From Chiloscyllium plagiosum (taxonomy: Eukaryota), in assembly GCF_004010195.1 (NCBI RefSeq), contig NC_057719.1, forward strand, positions 18,621,159 through 18,685,158: a stretch of 64,000 nt of DNA, in the 5' to 3' direction. Positions 51,170 to 63,000 of the stretch are shown piece by piece. Every line of letters begins with the position of its first letter. Within the stretch, counting starts at the first letter, position 1. Below the pieces are notes generated by a model, which worked only from the letters and a program-made list of their open reading frames with translations, was not told where the DNA came from and ran no database searches. The translations under genes were made by a program, and so were the position numbers.

Positions 51170-52055
51170 CAGTTTCAACATAACATTGAACATGCTTGAG
51201 CGAATGAGGGAAGGGTTCTGAGAGCAGGTCAAGTTCCCAACAGAGGGAAGAGAAGGAAATGGGGGCAAAGGGCTCTCAGCTTTTGACCATATCCACAGAT
51301 CATCGCTAGGGAGCAGATCCATGTAGAGCAGCTTGTGAAAGTGCTGTGACAATAGAAGCCTCTTGGCACAGCAGTAGTCTGAGACCCGACGGCAGCAGAG
51401 TGAGTTTTTGTGCCAGTGAGCTGAATTTGCAGGGCTTCACTCTGAACATTGCTCAGCACTCAGAGAATGGATGGATGCTGCAATAAAAGCTCAGAAAATG
51501 GCCATTCCACTGGGATCAGCTTGTTGGAGGTTGCATTTCACACCCATTTCATTTCATATGCAAAAGAAGAAGCTTCAGGCTCTGGAAAAGCTGTGTGCCA
51601 AGTTGGCTTCCTTCTTGCTCTTTGTTATTTAGGGCAGGCTTTTCACCTGGCTTCCCAGGCATGCCAAGCATCTGAGCATGTGCAGCACCCAGGAGCCTCC
51701 TTCTCAATGGGCCTTGCCCATTGAAGATACCATTTGAGACAACTACAGCTTTACAATTGTGAGTCTTCTCCCACACAATATAGATGGATGCCACTGCTAT
51801 TCTTTCCCCCTGAACTGGCTTCTATATTCCTGTGACCAGTATCTCAGCTGTGAAGATCCCACCCTATGTTCTCCTCTAAATTGTATTTAGTATCAAAATC
51901 TGAGCTGGTAGTGTTACTGTGAAAGCGACTGACAATATGTCTTTACCTTCACACCGCTCTTGCCCTTTATCCAGTGCCTGGATATCTTCAGCCTATGAAA
52001 ATGGATAGGGACACGAATAGAGAGTGGGAGGGCAGGCAAGGACTGAAGAGTGCAT

Positions 52056-52463
52056 AGTTTGTGAGAAGATTTGTAGCTCGGGTGCTCGTTGCTGTGGTTC
52101 TGTTCGCCGAGCTGGAAGTTTTTGTTGCAAACGTTTCGTCCCCTGTCTAGGTGACATCCTCAGTGCTTGGGAGCCTCCTGTGAAGCGCTTCTGTGGTGTT
52201 TCCTCCGGCATTTATAGTGGCCTGTCCCTGCCGTTTCCGGTTGTCAGTTTCAGCTGTCCGCTGTAGTGGCCTAATATACCGGCCACTACAGAGGACAGCT
52301 GAAACTGACAACCGGAAGCGGCAGGGACAGGCCACTATAAATGCCGGAGGAAACACCACAGAAGCGCTTCACAGGAGGCTCCCAAGCACTGAGGATGTCA
52401 CCTAGACAGGGGACGAAATGTTTACAACAAAAACTTCCAGCTCGGCGAACAGAACCACAGCAG
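52056..52463 (-). mobile_element. Young PLE-derived palindromic insertion (182-bp arms)
   Basis: TSD tgaagagtgcat at 52044-52055 and 52464-52475; arms 52090-52271 and 52281-52462; 9-nt loop; 34-nt tail at 52056-52089. Confidence 0.95.
52127..52166 (-). ncRNA. Minimal type I hammerhead ribozyme, intact (mutated mirror copy on + at 52386-52425)
   Basis: Minus strand GCA-CUGAGGA-U-GUCaCCU-agac-AGGgGAC-GAAA-CGUU-UGC; stem I GCA/UGC. Confidence 0.75.
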
Positions 52464-52949
52464 TGAAGAGTGCATGCTCATCCCACTTGCAGCTTGTAAT
52501 TCAGAATACATGGTGGCAGGAATGAAGAAGGATTAGTTATGTGGATATTGTCCATTTCAATTAGCCTCACTGGTTCAGGGCCTCATCCTCAGCAATAGTC
52601 CTTTCCGTACTGACTGATGTCCTAATGTCCATGTGGACTAGAACACATGAGTATGCCCTCCCCCTCAGTTTAGTTGCTGCTGTCTCCTGCTATCTGTCAC
52701 CTTGTGATGTTACAGCCATGCAATGTGACAGTGCGATCTGTTTGGGAGATATGGCTGTCATGGTTGAATGATTGCCAGTGTGTGCAGTCTATGAGGTGTG
52801 CTTTTGCAGTGTGCTTGTAACAGTGCTGTGTAAGAGTGAGGTGAAGGACATGAATGAGCCTGGATTGATGGAGATTATTGGTAGAGAAGTGATGAGCAGT
52901 TTGCAAAATTGTCAATGTAGTTGGTTGGATTTGAAATTTGAAGACCATT

Positions 52950-53173
52950 TACTTGCATGGGATCATTACATTTCCTCCTGCGCTACTTCCATGTACTTAG
53001 TATTCTGCATATGACATTTATTTCCACCGCAATCTTTTCTTTGTGCCTTCTGAACACATGTCTGAATACTGTTTCAGTATCAAGGACATTTCCCCTCATT
53101 CCATCTCTTCCAGCAAGACCTCCAATGCTGTTTCTGGAAATCTTGGCATCCACGTTCTCCCATTGTCAGCCAT
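52950..53173 (-). pseudogene. Myb/SANT-like DNA-binding ORF fossil (PIF/Harbinger accessory protein type)
   Basis: Manual translation gives MADNGRTWMPRFPETALEVLLEEME* and KIAVEINVICRILSTWK*RRRKCND, matching the PRF..LEVLL / IA.EVN..RTW.QCRKKFND pattern. Confidence 0.6.
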
Positions 53174-53387
53174 TGCTGAACTTGGCACAGTGCAACATGC
53201 CCAATGACCTCAGCAGTCCAATCCATAATGGATGTTCCTTTCAAATGGTGCTGGCTGGCTTTAAGTAATGCTGGCAAGTAACAATGCTGTTGTTGTATGC
53301 AGTCAAAAATCAACATAGTTAGCATTGGCTCAACATGGCAATCATTATGATGATCAGGCGCTGTCACCTGCATTACATTATATTGCA

Positions 53388-53703
53388 TAGGTGGCGTGGT
53401 GGCTCAGTAGTTAGCACTGCTGCTTCACAGTACCAGGGGCCAGGGTTTGATTCTAGCCTGGGTGACAGTCTGTGTGGAATTTGTACATCTGCCCTGTGCC
53501 TGTGTGAGTTTCCTCCCGCAATCTAAAGATGTGCAGGTTAGGTGAATTGGCCGTGTTAAATTGCCCATGGTGTTCAGGGATGGATAGGTTAGGTGCATTA
53601 GTCAGGGGTAAATGTAGAGTACTATGATCTGGGTGAGTTACTCTTTGGAGGGTCATTTTGGGCCAAATGGCCTGTTTCCACACTGTTGGGATTCCATGAT
53701 TCA
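53388..53703 (+). mobile_element. HE1-type SINE, full length
   Basis: ggtggcgtggtggctcagtagttagcactgctgc..gggtttgattc..aaagatgtgcaggttaggtgaattggcc, then tail. Confidence 0.9.
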
Positions 53704-56621
53704 CTATGTAGTCATATCTTGTGATTCCTGTGACAATCTTTGGGAACCAACCATTTTAGCTGATCAATGTCGTCTTTAAATACTTCAAATACTTTGCAAT
53801 GTGATAATATCAAACTTGTATTTTTGTCATGTTTTTAACATTGTTGGTCAATTAAACAAACAACTGCACAATATTGACTGTTCACATTGCTAGGGATGCA
53901 GCATTGTAGATTCACCAAACCACCTCCAGCCCCACTGTTCAGTGGGCTACAATTAAATATTTGTGTGCCATTAAAACAAAATCCAGGATCAGGTTTTATT
54001 TCTTGACAATATTAACAATGATTTTGGTGCAGTTACTAAATGATTCAAAATTTATCACTTTGAATTTACTGTAGACAATATTAATAGATAAGTGTTGTAT
54101 AATATTTGATATTCCTCTGTAGTTTAAAAATTAGTTTATTTTGCTAGATTGAGCATATACTTTGATATACAGTATATAAACATTTACTGTATAGAAATGT
54201 TTCCATGTATTTAGCAACGTGTGCTAATATGTTTATATATCATGGAAGTGTATATTGACACAAATAACAAATACATTTAATGAAACTTTCCATTCAAGTA
54301 AAGTATTCTGTGTGCCACATGAAAGAGTGTAATGGTGGTAATCAATATTCTTTATAAAGCCAGGGAAGAATTTGATGCATATCAGTTGAGGGAAGGGTAT
54401 ATTGATATGTTCCAGGTTTTGTTTTTAAGTGAATTAAAACCTTTTGTTGAAATAATGGACAAAGAGATGTCATCCACATTTGTTAATTATTCACCAAAAA
54501 ATCAGTAACGATAACTTCTGGAAATAAGGTAGAGTTTTAACACTGTGTTGCCCCCAAAATACAAACCTAAAAATAAACTCTTTCCCATTAGCTCAAAATC
54601 CATTTTAAAAATCCCTACAATTCAGCCTGTTCCATCCTCTGAGGATTGTGGGTCAATTAAGATCCTTATAAGATAACAAGCAAATGCGCCTCCGCTCCCA
54701 GTCACAACACATTGTTTTCTTTATTTGCTTAATTTGCCTGTGCTGATGGTGTGCTGCAGCTTCCATGGTGTTAAAGAATTCACTCAATTTGTTTTTCCTA
54801 TACCATAATTATAAATAAAAGCCTGTCATGTTGCATTGGTCAATTATATCCAGAACAGTATTATTAGATGTCAATCTGAAGGGATCTCAGCCTTAAAGGT
54901 ACAGAGCCTTCTGCGGTGTGGCATGCAAATAATTCAGTGCATAAATCTAGCTATGGCAGAGCATTGCAAATCTGCTTATTTGAAGAGTTCCAAATTGTCA
55001 CACAATTGAAACAAAACTCACTGCACAACTGCATAGACGTTCCATATGATAAAGGATGGGTTGAACTTTAATCTCAGTTGCCGTTTTGAACGAAAGATGT
55101 CATTGGCAGTCCCCACAAAATGTCTTTTAACGGTATTTTGACAAGTTGCTATGCATTTGCAACAAAGAAAATGTTGATTTTCCTTTTTTTTTGCGTAGGC
55201 CATTCTTTGTTGACCTTTCCAGCCTCACCAACTCCCTCTTAGCATGCTTAAACAGCTGAACCTCATACAATGGGGCAGTATTGGGTTTAGACCTTGTTTA
55301 TCACGTTAATGAGCTTATTTCAGAACAGGCTAGCGAGCCTCAGAGTCAGGGAAAGGAAGTTAGCAAGATTTCTCCACTCTCAGTTACTAGAAACACTCCC
55401 TACTGGAGCCTATTTATAAAGATCAGGTGAGAATAGAACTTAGCTCACTTCTATCAAACAGATCATGCATGCACTTATAACCAAGGTTCAGGCACAATAG
55501 TTTTATCAGGGTGCAATGGGTGCTGAGTACCCAATATTTAGCAAAAACCTTTCTGCAAACGAAGCAAATCGGAAAAGTCAAAGCAGAGATCTGTCAAAAA
55601 AAAAGTATCACCAAAAAGTATCTTATTGCTTTGCTTTTGGTGTTCAATAGCATCTAGAGTATTCCAAGCCTGCTACAATTTGTCTTTTTTTTTCGCATTC
55701 TCTGGTAGGTTCATAGCTTTTTATACATTATCAGGTAAACTTGATTGAAAGCAAGAGATTAAAACCTTGACATGCACAGATCAATTATAGAAACATTATT
55801 TTGAAAATCACAGGAACATTATTTTGAATAAATCTGAAACACAGCTTATAAAGGAATCATTACACTGGCCAGATTAATGCAGAATGAGGAGGAGGAGCGA
55901 GAGAGGTAAAGAGATTTAAGGAGGAAATTTCAGAGGATAAGAGTTTAAATGACTAAAGGCAGATAGACAGCCAGTAAGTAGCATTGAAAACAGACTTTAT
56001 AGGAGAAAGAGAGATCTATAAGCAATATCAGTATAAGCTGTGTGCTTGTTTCCCACTTAAAACTATTCACATGGCAAAACTGAAGCATGTGAACATGTCA
56101 CTGGGCAACTTCTATAATTCATTTTGATGTGCATTGTTCAGACAGACCAACAGAAGTACCTATTTGGATCCAGAACTATATTTGTCATAGAATTTATGTG
56201 AGTGAAGTACAAGCACCAAAACAAAATATTCCCTTTGCCGTGTCTGCTTCTTGTCTGGACCACGTTCCTTATTGTGAGCCTTTCTCATTGCAAAACGCAT
56301 ATCTAAACAATTACTGGGATACTGAAATGTCTGAGAACTAAGAGCTGAGAATTTCTGTGAAGTTCCTTCTGCTTGGCTGCTATACATTCACTGATGATCA
56401 GTTGTTACCCGGAATGAGCAGCATTTCCAGTGCACATCTGGCAACTCCCAGGAAATTCCTGGCCCACATAATACATAGATACTGCTTTCTATTATAATAC
56501 TTGAACTTCTCACCAGCTTCCCTGCCTCATGATTGTAATTGTATTCATAACGTAAGGTCCATATTACATCAGAAATGATCAGAAATCTTAGAGAACATCT
56601 TATTCGTGACACTGGCCACAT

Positions 56622-57013
56622 AAGGGTTGAAAATTGAGGGGTGACCTTATAGAGGTTTATAAAATCAAAAGGGGCATAGATCAGGTGATTGGAGGGTGTC
56701 TTTTCCCTATGCTTTGGAATTTCAAGGCTAAGAGGCATATTTTTATGGTGAGAGGAGAAAGATTTAAAAAAGACATGGGGGCAACAGTTTTGCACAGTGA
56801 ATGGTTCGGATGTGGAATAAACTTCCTGAGGAAGTAGTGGCTGTAGACACAGTTGCAACATTTAGAAGATACTTGGATAAGTACATGAATAGGAAAGGTT
56901 TGGAAGATTCTGGGCTAAGCGCAGACAAATGCTACTAGTTTATTTTGGGATTATGGTCAGCATGGACTGGTTGGACTGAAGAGTCTGTCCAGATTGTACA
57001 ACTCTATGACTCT
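56622..57013 (+). mobile_element. CR1 3' fragment
   Basis: Peptide RGDLIEVYKIKRGIDQV; 3' end ctctatgactcta. Confidence 0.9.
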
Positions 57014-57466
57014 AACAGAGGGTAAATTATTGATTCATGTTTTGCCGAGAAGATTAATGATATAGGTTGATTACCATTTCCTATGCCCGCTGTCCAGTAT
57101 TGTGTGCTGTTGCCAAATTGAAGCTGCTGGATTGTAACGTATGGAAGAATTCCACCTGAAAAAGGCACTTGGCACCTCGATATGCAAATCGAGATTCCAG
57201 TGGCAGTTGTAGAAAACTGACTGAAATAATTGGGCAGAGCTTCTGTCAGGTATGCTCCACCCACTTGTTTTGTATTTTAACCAGCTTCAAGAAATGACCT
57301 CAGGCCACTCAAAGAATGGCAATAGGACCTTCATAATGATTACAAGCCTGTGGAGTCAGAGGAGCAAAGGCAATATTGATCATTGCTGAACTAGAATCAA
57401 TCTCCACATGTTAATTTCACTCCAACACCATGACCTCCTCAATCTGTTGTCTGAATCCCAACACTA

Positions 57467-57743
57467 ATCATAGAATTCCTACAGTGTGGAAAATGGCCAT
57501 TTTGCCCAACGAGTCCACACCAACCTCTGAAGAATAACTCAACCTGACCTAACCTACACACCCCTGAATGTTATGGGCAATTTAACGTGGCCAATTCAGC
57601 TAACCTGCACATCTTTGGATTCTGGGAGGAAACCAGAGCTCCTGGAGGAAACCCACACAGACATGGGGAGAATATGCAAACTCCACACAGACAGTCCCTA
57701 GCGCTGTGAGGCAGCAGTGCTAACCACTGGGCCATTGTTCCAC
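57467..57743 (-). mobile_element. HE1-type SINE
   Basis: Minus head ggtggaacaatggcccagtggttagcactgctgcctcacagcgc; HE1 core. Confidence 0.9.
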
Positions 57744-58529
57744 CAGTTTTTCATTGGAGTTGGCTAAAACAGGTCAGGTCCCAAAATTGCAACAGGAAGC
57801 CTGAAAAATGCCCACAACCTTTTCAAGTTAAATTAAGCAAGGTCTGAAGATCAATTTCAACCTCAGGCCAGTGTGAATTAGAGGGATCATTAACCCCTTT
57901 ACTGAATATCTTGTTCTTGATTTTAACCCTCAGTCCAATTCCTCAGTCTGACTAACCACTTCATCGTGAGATTGGATGCTCTTTCACAACAATTAACAGC
58001 AAGTGTGAGCTTAGGCTGTAAGATGCCTTGCTTTTCCTGTGGGGATATAACTTCAAGGAGAATCACAATTACATCTTTAAATAAATTGCAAAACCTGCTC
58101 TGCTGCTGAGCACTAACCACTACTTCACATGCCCTGTGGGTAGTGAAGGTACCAATTAAATCCTTAAATTATTTTTGTAAATAAACTTATTACAAAATTG
58201 TTAAGTGTTTGTGGGAGCCGAGATGATTTTCAAAAGATCCGTTTATAAATTTGAACTCAGGTCTTAGCTTGTAGTGCAAAGTCTAAACTATTCATTAATG
58301 CATCAGTATGATTACTGGCGGTTAGACATTTTACAACATGGTCTATTGGTCTAGATTAATCAAAGGGTTAAATTAATGCTGAAGGCACAGAAAGAATATT
58401 CTCACCTATTCATGTAGTTCTACATTATAATTAACATGTAGTATGGAGAAGAAAAGGTTCAATGAAAAAAAGAAAATTATAGCATGGAATGTCTAATAGT
58501 TAAGAAAGAATTTTAACTTGGGCCTTTGC

Positions 58530-58843
58530 AGCGGTTGGGGGTGGAGGAGCCTGGAGATAGATCAATGTCTCCAGCTCTGACATGGAGGTTGCGGGAGTGC
58601 TGGCAGAGACATAGCTCACAATTGAGATCCCGGAGCCCGTTCCAGAGACCTCGGAACCCATAATAAAGAAGATGGTGAGGCCAACTTTGAAGGAAACCTA
58701 AAGATGAACAATATTGCATTAGGGCCTTGCATTATATTCTGTGTTTCAAGGTGGCAGCTGAACGCGGTGACAGTAAGCATCGCTTTTTACTGTATTTGTG
58801 TACACGTGACAATATTGAACCTAATCTAATCTAATCCAATCTA
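58530..58843 (+). mobile_element. Non-autonomous element with Rex1-like tail
   Basis: GC-rich body, aaggtggc..., ttttactgtatttgtgtacacgtgacaata followed by (ctaat)n. Confidence 0.45.
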
Positions 58844-59814
58844 AAGTCCCCATGTGGTTTGGCCTTTTTCCAGTTATTTTACCACCATTGTTTTCTTGGG
58901 TGGTTGAGAGGCCAGTTTATAATTCATGAATATGTGTCAATCATGTACACACGATTTGCACAGGTCCTGGAAGTTATTTTAAAATCATTGAATCATGGAA
59001 TCACCAACATATTATTGGCAAAGAAGGAGGCCATTCAGCCCACTGTGTCTGTTCTAGTAATTCAAATTGTTATACACTGTCAATTTCCTGCTTTTTCCCC
59101 AAAGCTTTGCACATTGTTTCTATTGAACTAATCATCTGACAGGAAGTGGAGCCCTTTAAGTCAGCATATCTATTTTTATGAACCCACAATACACTCTCAA
59201 ACCATGGCCACCTCTTGAATTATTGCACTGCTCTGAGAAAGGCATGACACTTTTAAGACAATTAGGTGGAATCTTGACATGATACTCAAGTATAAGAGGA
59301 TGCCATCTTACTCAATGTTCATTCAGTTAGTATAGTCTATGAGTCAATTGGTCTGCTAGTCACTCAGTTAATTATGTAGGTAGTATAATAGTAACCTAAG
59401 TAAGCATATAACCCAGATTGCAAAAGTAAGTCTGAAATGTCACATTAATGTGCATAGTTAATTGTTAATAAACTTCCATATATGTGACTCAATACAAACC
59501 TGACTCTGTCCTCTATATTACTTTGGTTAAGATATAGAAAATTAAATTGGCAAATTGTGAAGAGTGCACCTATCAATGCTGAATAACAGTTCGCTGCCAG
59601 CCTTTGTTTAAATTTTACATTTTAAATCAGGCGGGTTGAATTTAATCGGTTAGGGCATTACCTAAGAAATGAATCAATAAATGAATGTCACCCATTTATT
59701 GAATTGAAACAGGTGCAGTGCATGTACGTGTATGCAAATAATGAATACTGACTATTAATATATTTAGCTTCCAGAGCACCACATAAATGCATCCCACTGT
59801 GAGCCTAATAATCC

Positions 59815-60068
59815 AAAATTAGTTTCCAGTGTAATTCATTGTATTCTCAAAATCACCCAGCAAATGTTGTCCAATTAAAAGGTCAATTTTTCAGGGCAAT
59901 GTCACCACCAATTAGATTCTACTTGCCAACTAATCAGCACTCTACTTTCATGCAGTATAAATGTTAGTTTTCTTTCTCTTTAAATTGGTATTCTTGTGAA
60001 TTGTCCTGATGAGTGCAAGATAAAATTACTCAGCACCATGTGCCTTTTCTTCGGCTATATTCAATTTC
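59815..60068 (+). mobile_element. PLE-type 3'/pLTR fragment with TATA-like box and decayed hammerhead
   Basis: gtataaatg at ~59955, then gtc-ctgatga(60006-12)-gtgcaagat-aaaa. Confidence 0.55.
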
Positions 60069-63000
60069 TTAAGAGACTTGAGAGAAAGATTTTAACCTTT
60101 CAGGTTGATGAATTTGAAGAGGTGGATCTGATGTTAAAGAAAATTGAGCACACAATTGATCTCTAACTCACCCACTTCCAGTCTGAATGAAAATGGATGG
60201 AGGGTTTATAGTTGGGAGGGATCCAATTCTTCCTAGGAGGCAGATTGATCACTAAAATATTTAAATAAAGCTCCATATTTTCATCCAAGTGAAGTTTTAG
60301 TTTTCACTCTTATAGATATTGTTACATCACAGGAAAACTAAGATTTGATCAATCAACTAAGCATCTTTACAGCACTGCTTGTGAGTCAAGAAAAATAGAA
60401 GTGCTTCCCTCTGGCATACCATGCTTTCCTGTTAATCTCTTTCCAACAGGAACACCCTCTCCCACCCCCATCATGATCAACTAACATCACCATCCTTCCA
60501 GTGTCCAATTTCTCCAAAACTCCTGTAACCTGACCGACACCATCATGCCCCGGCCAATCTCAGACTTACCACCAAATCTGTCCCTGGCTACTTCCCAACT
60601 GGATAGCCAGCCATGCAGCCAGCCAGTTAATATGGCTGACTGTCATGCAAGGAGCTTGTTACCAAATTTAGAATGAGCCATGCCATTTCTTTCAGCAGGA
60701 CCTCAGATATCAGAAAGTTTTCTCTGTTTGATCTTCCCATTTGACAAATATTAGCAGATCTTTGATTTCTTATTACCATAACTTAAACATTATTGTTTGT
60801 TGCCTGTTGTCATGTTGTTGAGCTTTTTGACCATTCTCAATAGAAATGGATTCACCTTTGTGTTTTGGAGAATAGAGTATGCATACACAAGGTGATGAGT
60901 CACAAAGTCATGATGGCATAGAAGGAGGCTATTCAGCCCACTGAGTCCATGAATGTTCTTTGTTAAGCAATCCATTCATCTCGATCCCAATAGCCCCGGA
61001 ATTTTATTTAATTCTGTGTCCTTCCAATTTTCTTTGAAAATCATTGAATCTCTCATTGATGGTGGCAAAGGCTTGAGGGGCTATCTGGCTTCCTCATGTT
61101 ACTGTGGTCTTACCACCACTTCCATCACTGTTGTAGTCAGGAAGTTCCAGATTAACATATCAGTGGAGGTTTCTTTGTCTACAAGTTATAAAATCGGCTG
61201 TTCATTAGGTTATCTCAGCATTTGGTGAATACTTTGTTGACAACCTTGCTTTTTTTCAGCATCGTGAGACAGGCAATAATGCCTTATCTTTGTGTTCACA
61301 TGAATGGACACATGCAAAGAGCACTTAGCTGATCTTTCTTGCATATCTTGGAACAGACCAATTTCTTGGCTAAGGTAAATTTAAACTGGGGTGGGGTTGA
61401 CATGAGGAAATCCGAGACAAGTGCATGAAAATATCAGTAAAACAACCCAACAATCACTCTCTAATTTCACAAATTAATTAATTTGGGGGTGACTGGAGAC
61501 AAGGGACCTGTGCCCCAGGGCAGAGATAAATTGAAGAGAGTGAATGAAGGCTTAGATAAAACATGATACAAATCCATGCTCATACTGATAAAGAAGACTT
61601 TTGAAGAAATAATTATCAATTATTTTCAGAGCGAATGTTACAAAAAAAATTCAGACTTCAGAGAAATGATCAGCATCCCAAGCATGAAATTTGGAATGTG
61701 GTGGTTTATGGTGAAACCAAATGGTCAGATTTGAAATAAAGTAAATAAAAGCCTGGAGATGTGATTACCTCCTTTTCTGGCATTCTATTAAAACTTCATC
61801 AGAGCTAACCTCAGTGCTCAGCTACTGAGGGGAACGATGAATCCTAGAACCCTACATCGATAACAAACTTGACATATGATTTTCTTTTATACACCATCAA
61901 TAACAGAGCTTTATTTTTAATGCTGAGGGTTACAAAACAGATTAAAACAGCTGCTCAGATATTATGTTTTATGAGCCTTTGAAATGTAGAATAGTATAAA
62001 GAAGCATTGATGCTTAGGTTTTCCAGAATTCTTTTCTTTAGAATAACAGAGTAATTCCTCTGCTTTCTGGTTGCTGCAGGCTAGGCTTTGAATGCTGCTT
62101 TTGCTTTGATGCCTCTGAAATTTGACAAATATTTTTCTTCTGTGAGAAGATAACTGTCATGATGGAGTTGGGGATGAGGCTTATGTCCATGCAGCTCCTG
62201 TATGTAGAACAGAAGACCTATGACCTGTCGGAGTCATTAGACAGCACTGTATAGAGGATTCAAAGTGTCGCCCAGAAGAGGAGGGTGAAAGTAAAGTCCT
62301 TTTAGGAATTCAGGAACGGACCTCTTGTTAATATAGTAACCATTGGGAACTTTTACAGAACATATATTTGCTAACAGGGAGCTGGTATAAGCAGACTCGT
62401 CAGATTTCAAATAAAATGATGAACAAACCAGAGATATGTCTTACTTTTTATCTGACAACTATTTTTTGAAATAGAGACAGAATGGGACCTGAGGGATCAC
62501 ATACTGAAGGGATCGTTGATGACTGAAAGACTTTTGAAACCTTCTAGATTTGACATTTGACATTGTTTCATGTTACATTGTGTAACAGATCCCTATAACC
62601 TAAGAGTGAGTGCTACAAAGGAGAATAAAACACCTGCTTATTGAGCATTAGGAGCGAAAACAAACAATTGCCCCTGATTCAGGTATTCAAGGTGCCAAAT
62701 GTTTTCTTAAGTTGGGCTCTGGGCAATGAACACTGTTGACCATCAAATGGGTAGTGGTAGTGGGGAAGAGGGAGGGATTAGGAATGGAAAACGAAGCCTC
62801 AACCTTGGCTCTGTCAACTTTCCTTTTTTAACATAAATATGCATATAAGGGGACAAACATCTCCAAGTTTGAGTTTACACAATATTACAAATTTCATTCA
62901 AACAAAAACTTGCAATTTTAGTCAGCTTTTACATATATTTATGTAGAAATGTTTTGGGGAAAGAGAGATTTTAAAAGTTAATCACAATAAAGTTGTTGTA

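Noticed and set aside
32562..51199. Recurring peptide WCWKSTAxQAAS in several ORFs
   Set aside because: It is the antisense translation of the repeated pLTR arm; there is no evidence of coding.
52147..52405. Two near-identical 70-aa ORFs on opposite strands
   Set aside because: A trivial consequence of the DNA palindrome, not a gene pair.
29951..52463. Fold-backs as classical MITEs / DNA transposons
   Set aside because: TSD length varies (10-18 bp), the ends are asymmetric because of the tail, and most arms match pLTRs of PLEs in this window.
53715..53935. Possible Harbinger DDE transposase C-terminal remnant
   Set aside because: Similarity is too faint to support by eye; it needs a profile search.
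1663..57743. SINE heads as tRNA genes; any CRISPR array or prokaryotic system
   Set aside because: The heads are degenerate and run into SINE bodies. There are no regularly spaced repeats or operon-like ORFs, and the sequence is eukaryotic.
62159..62254. Short ATG-initiated ORF (MMELGMRLMSMQLL...)
   Set aside because: Only about 31 codons, with no recognisable homology or supporting splice context.
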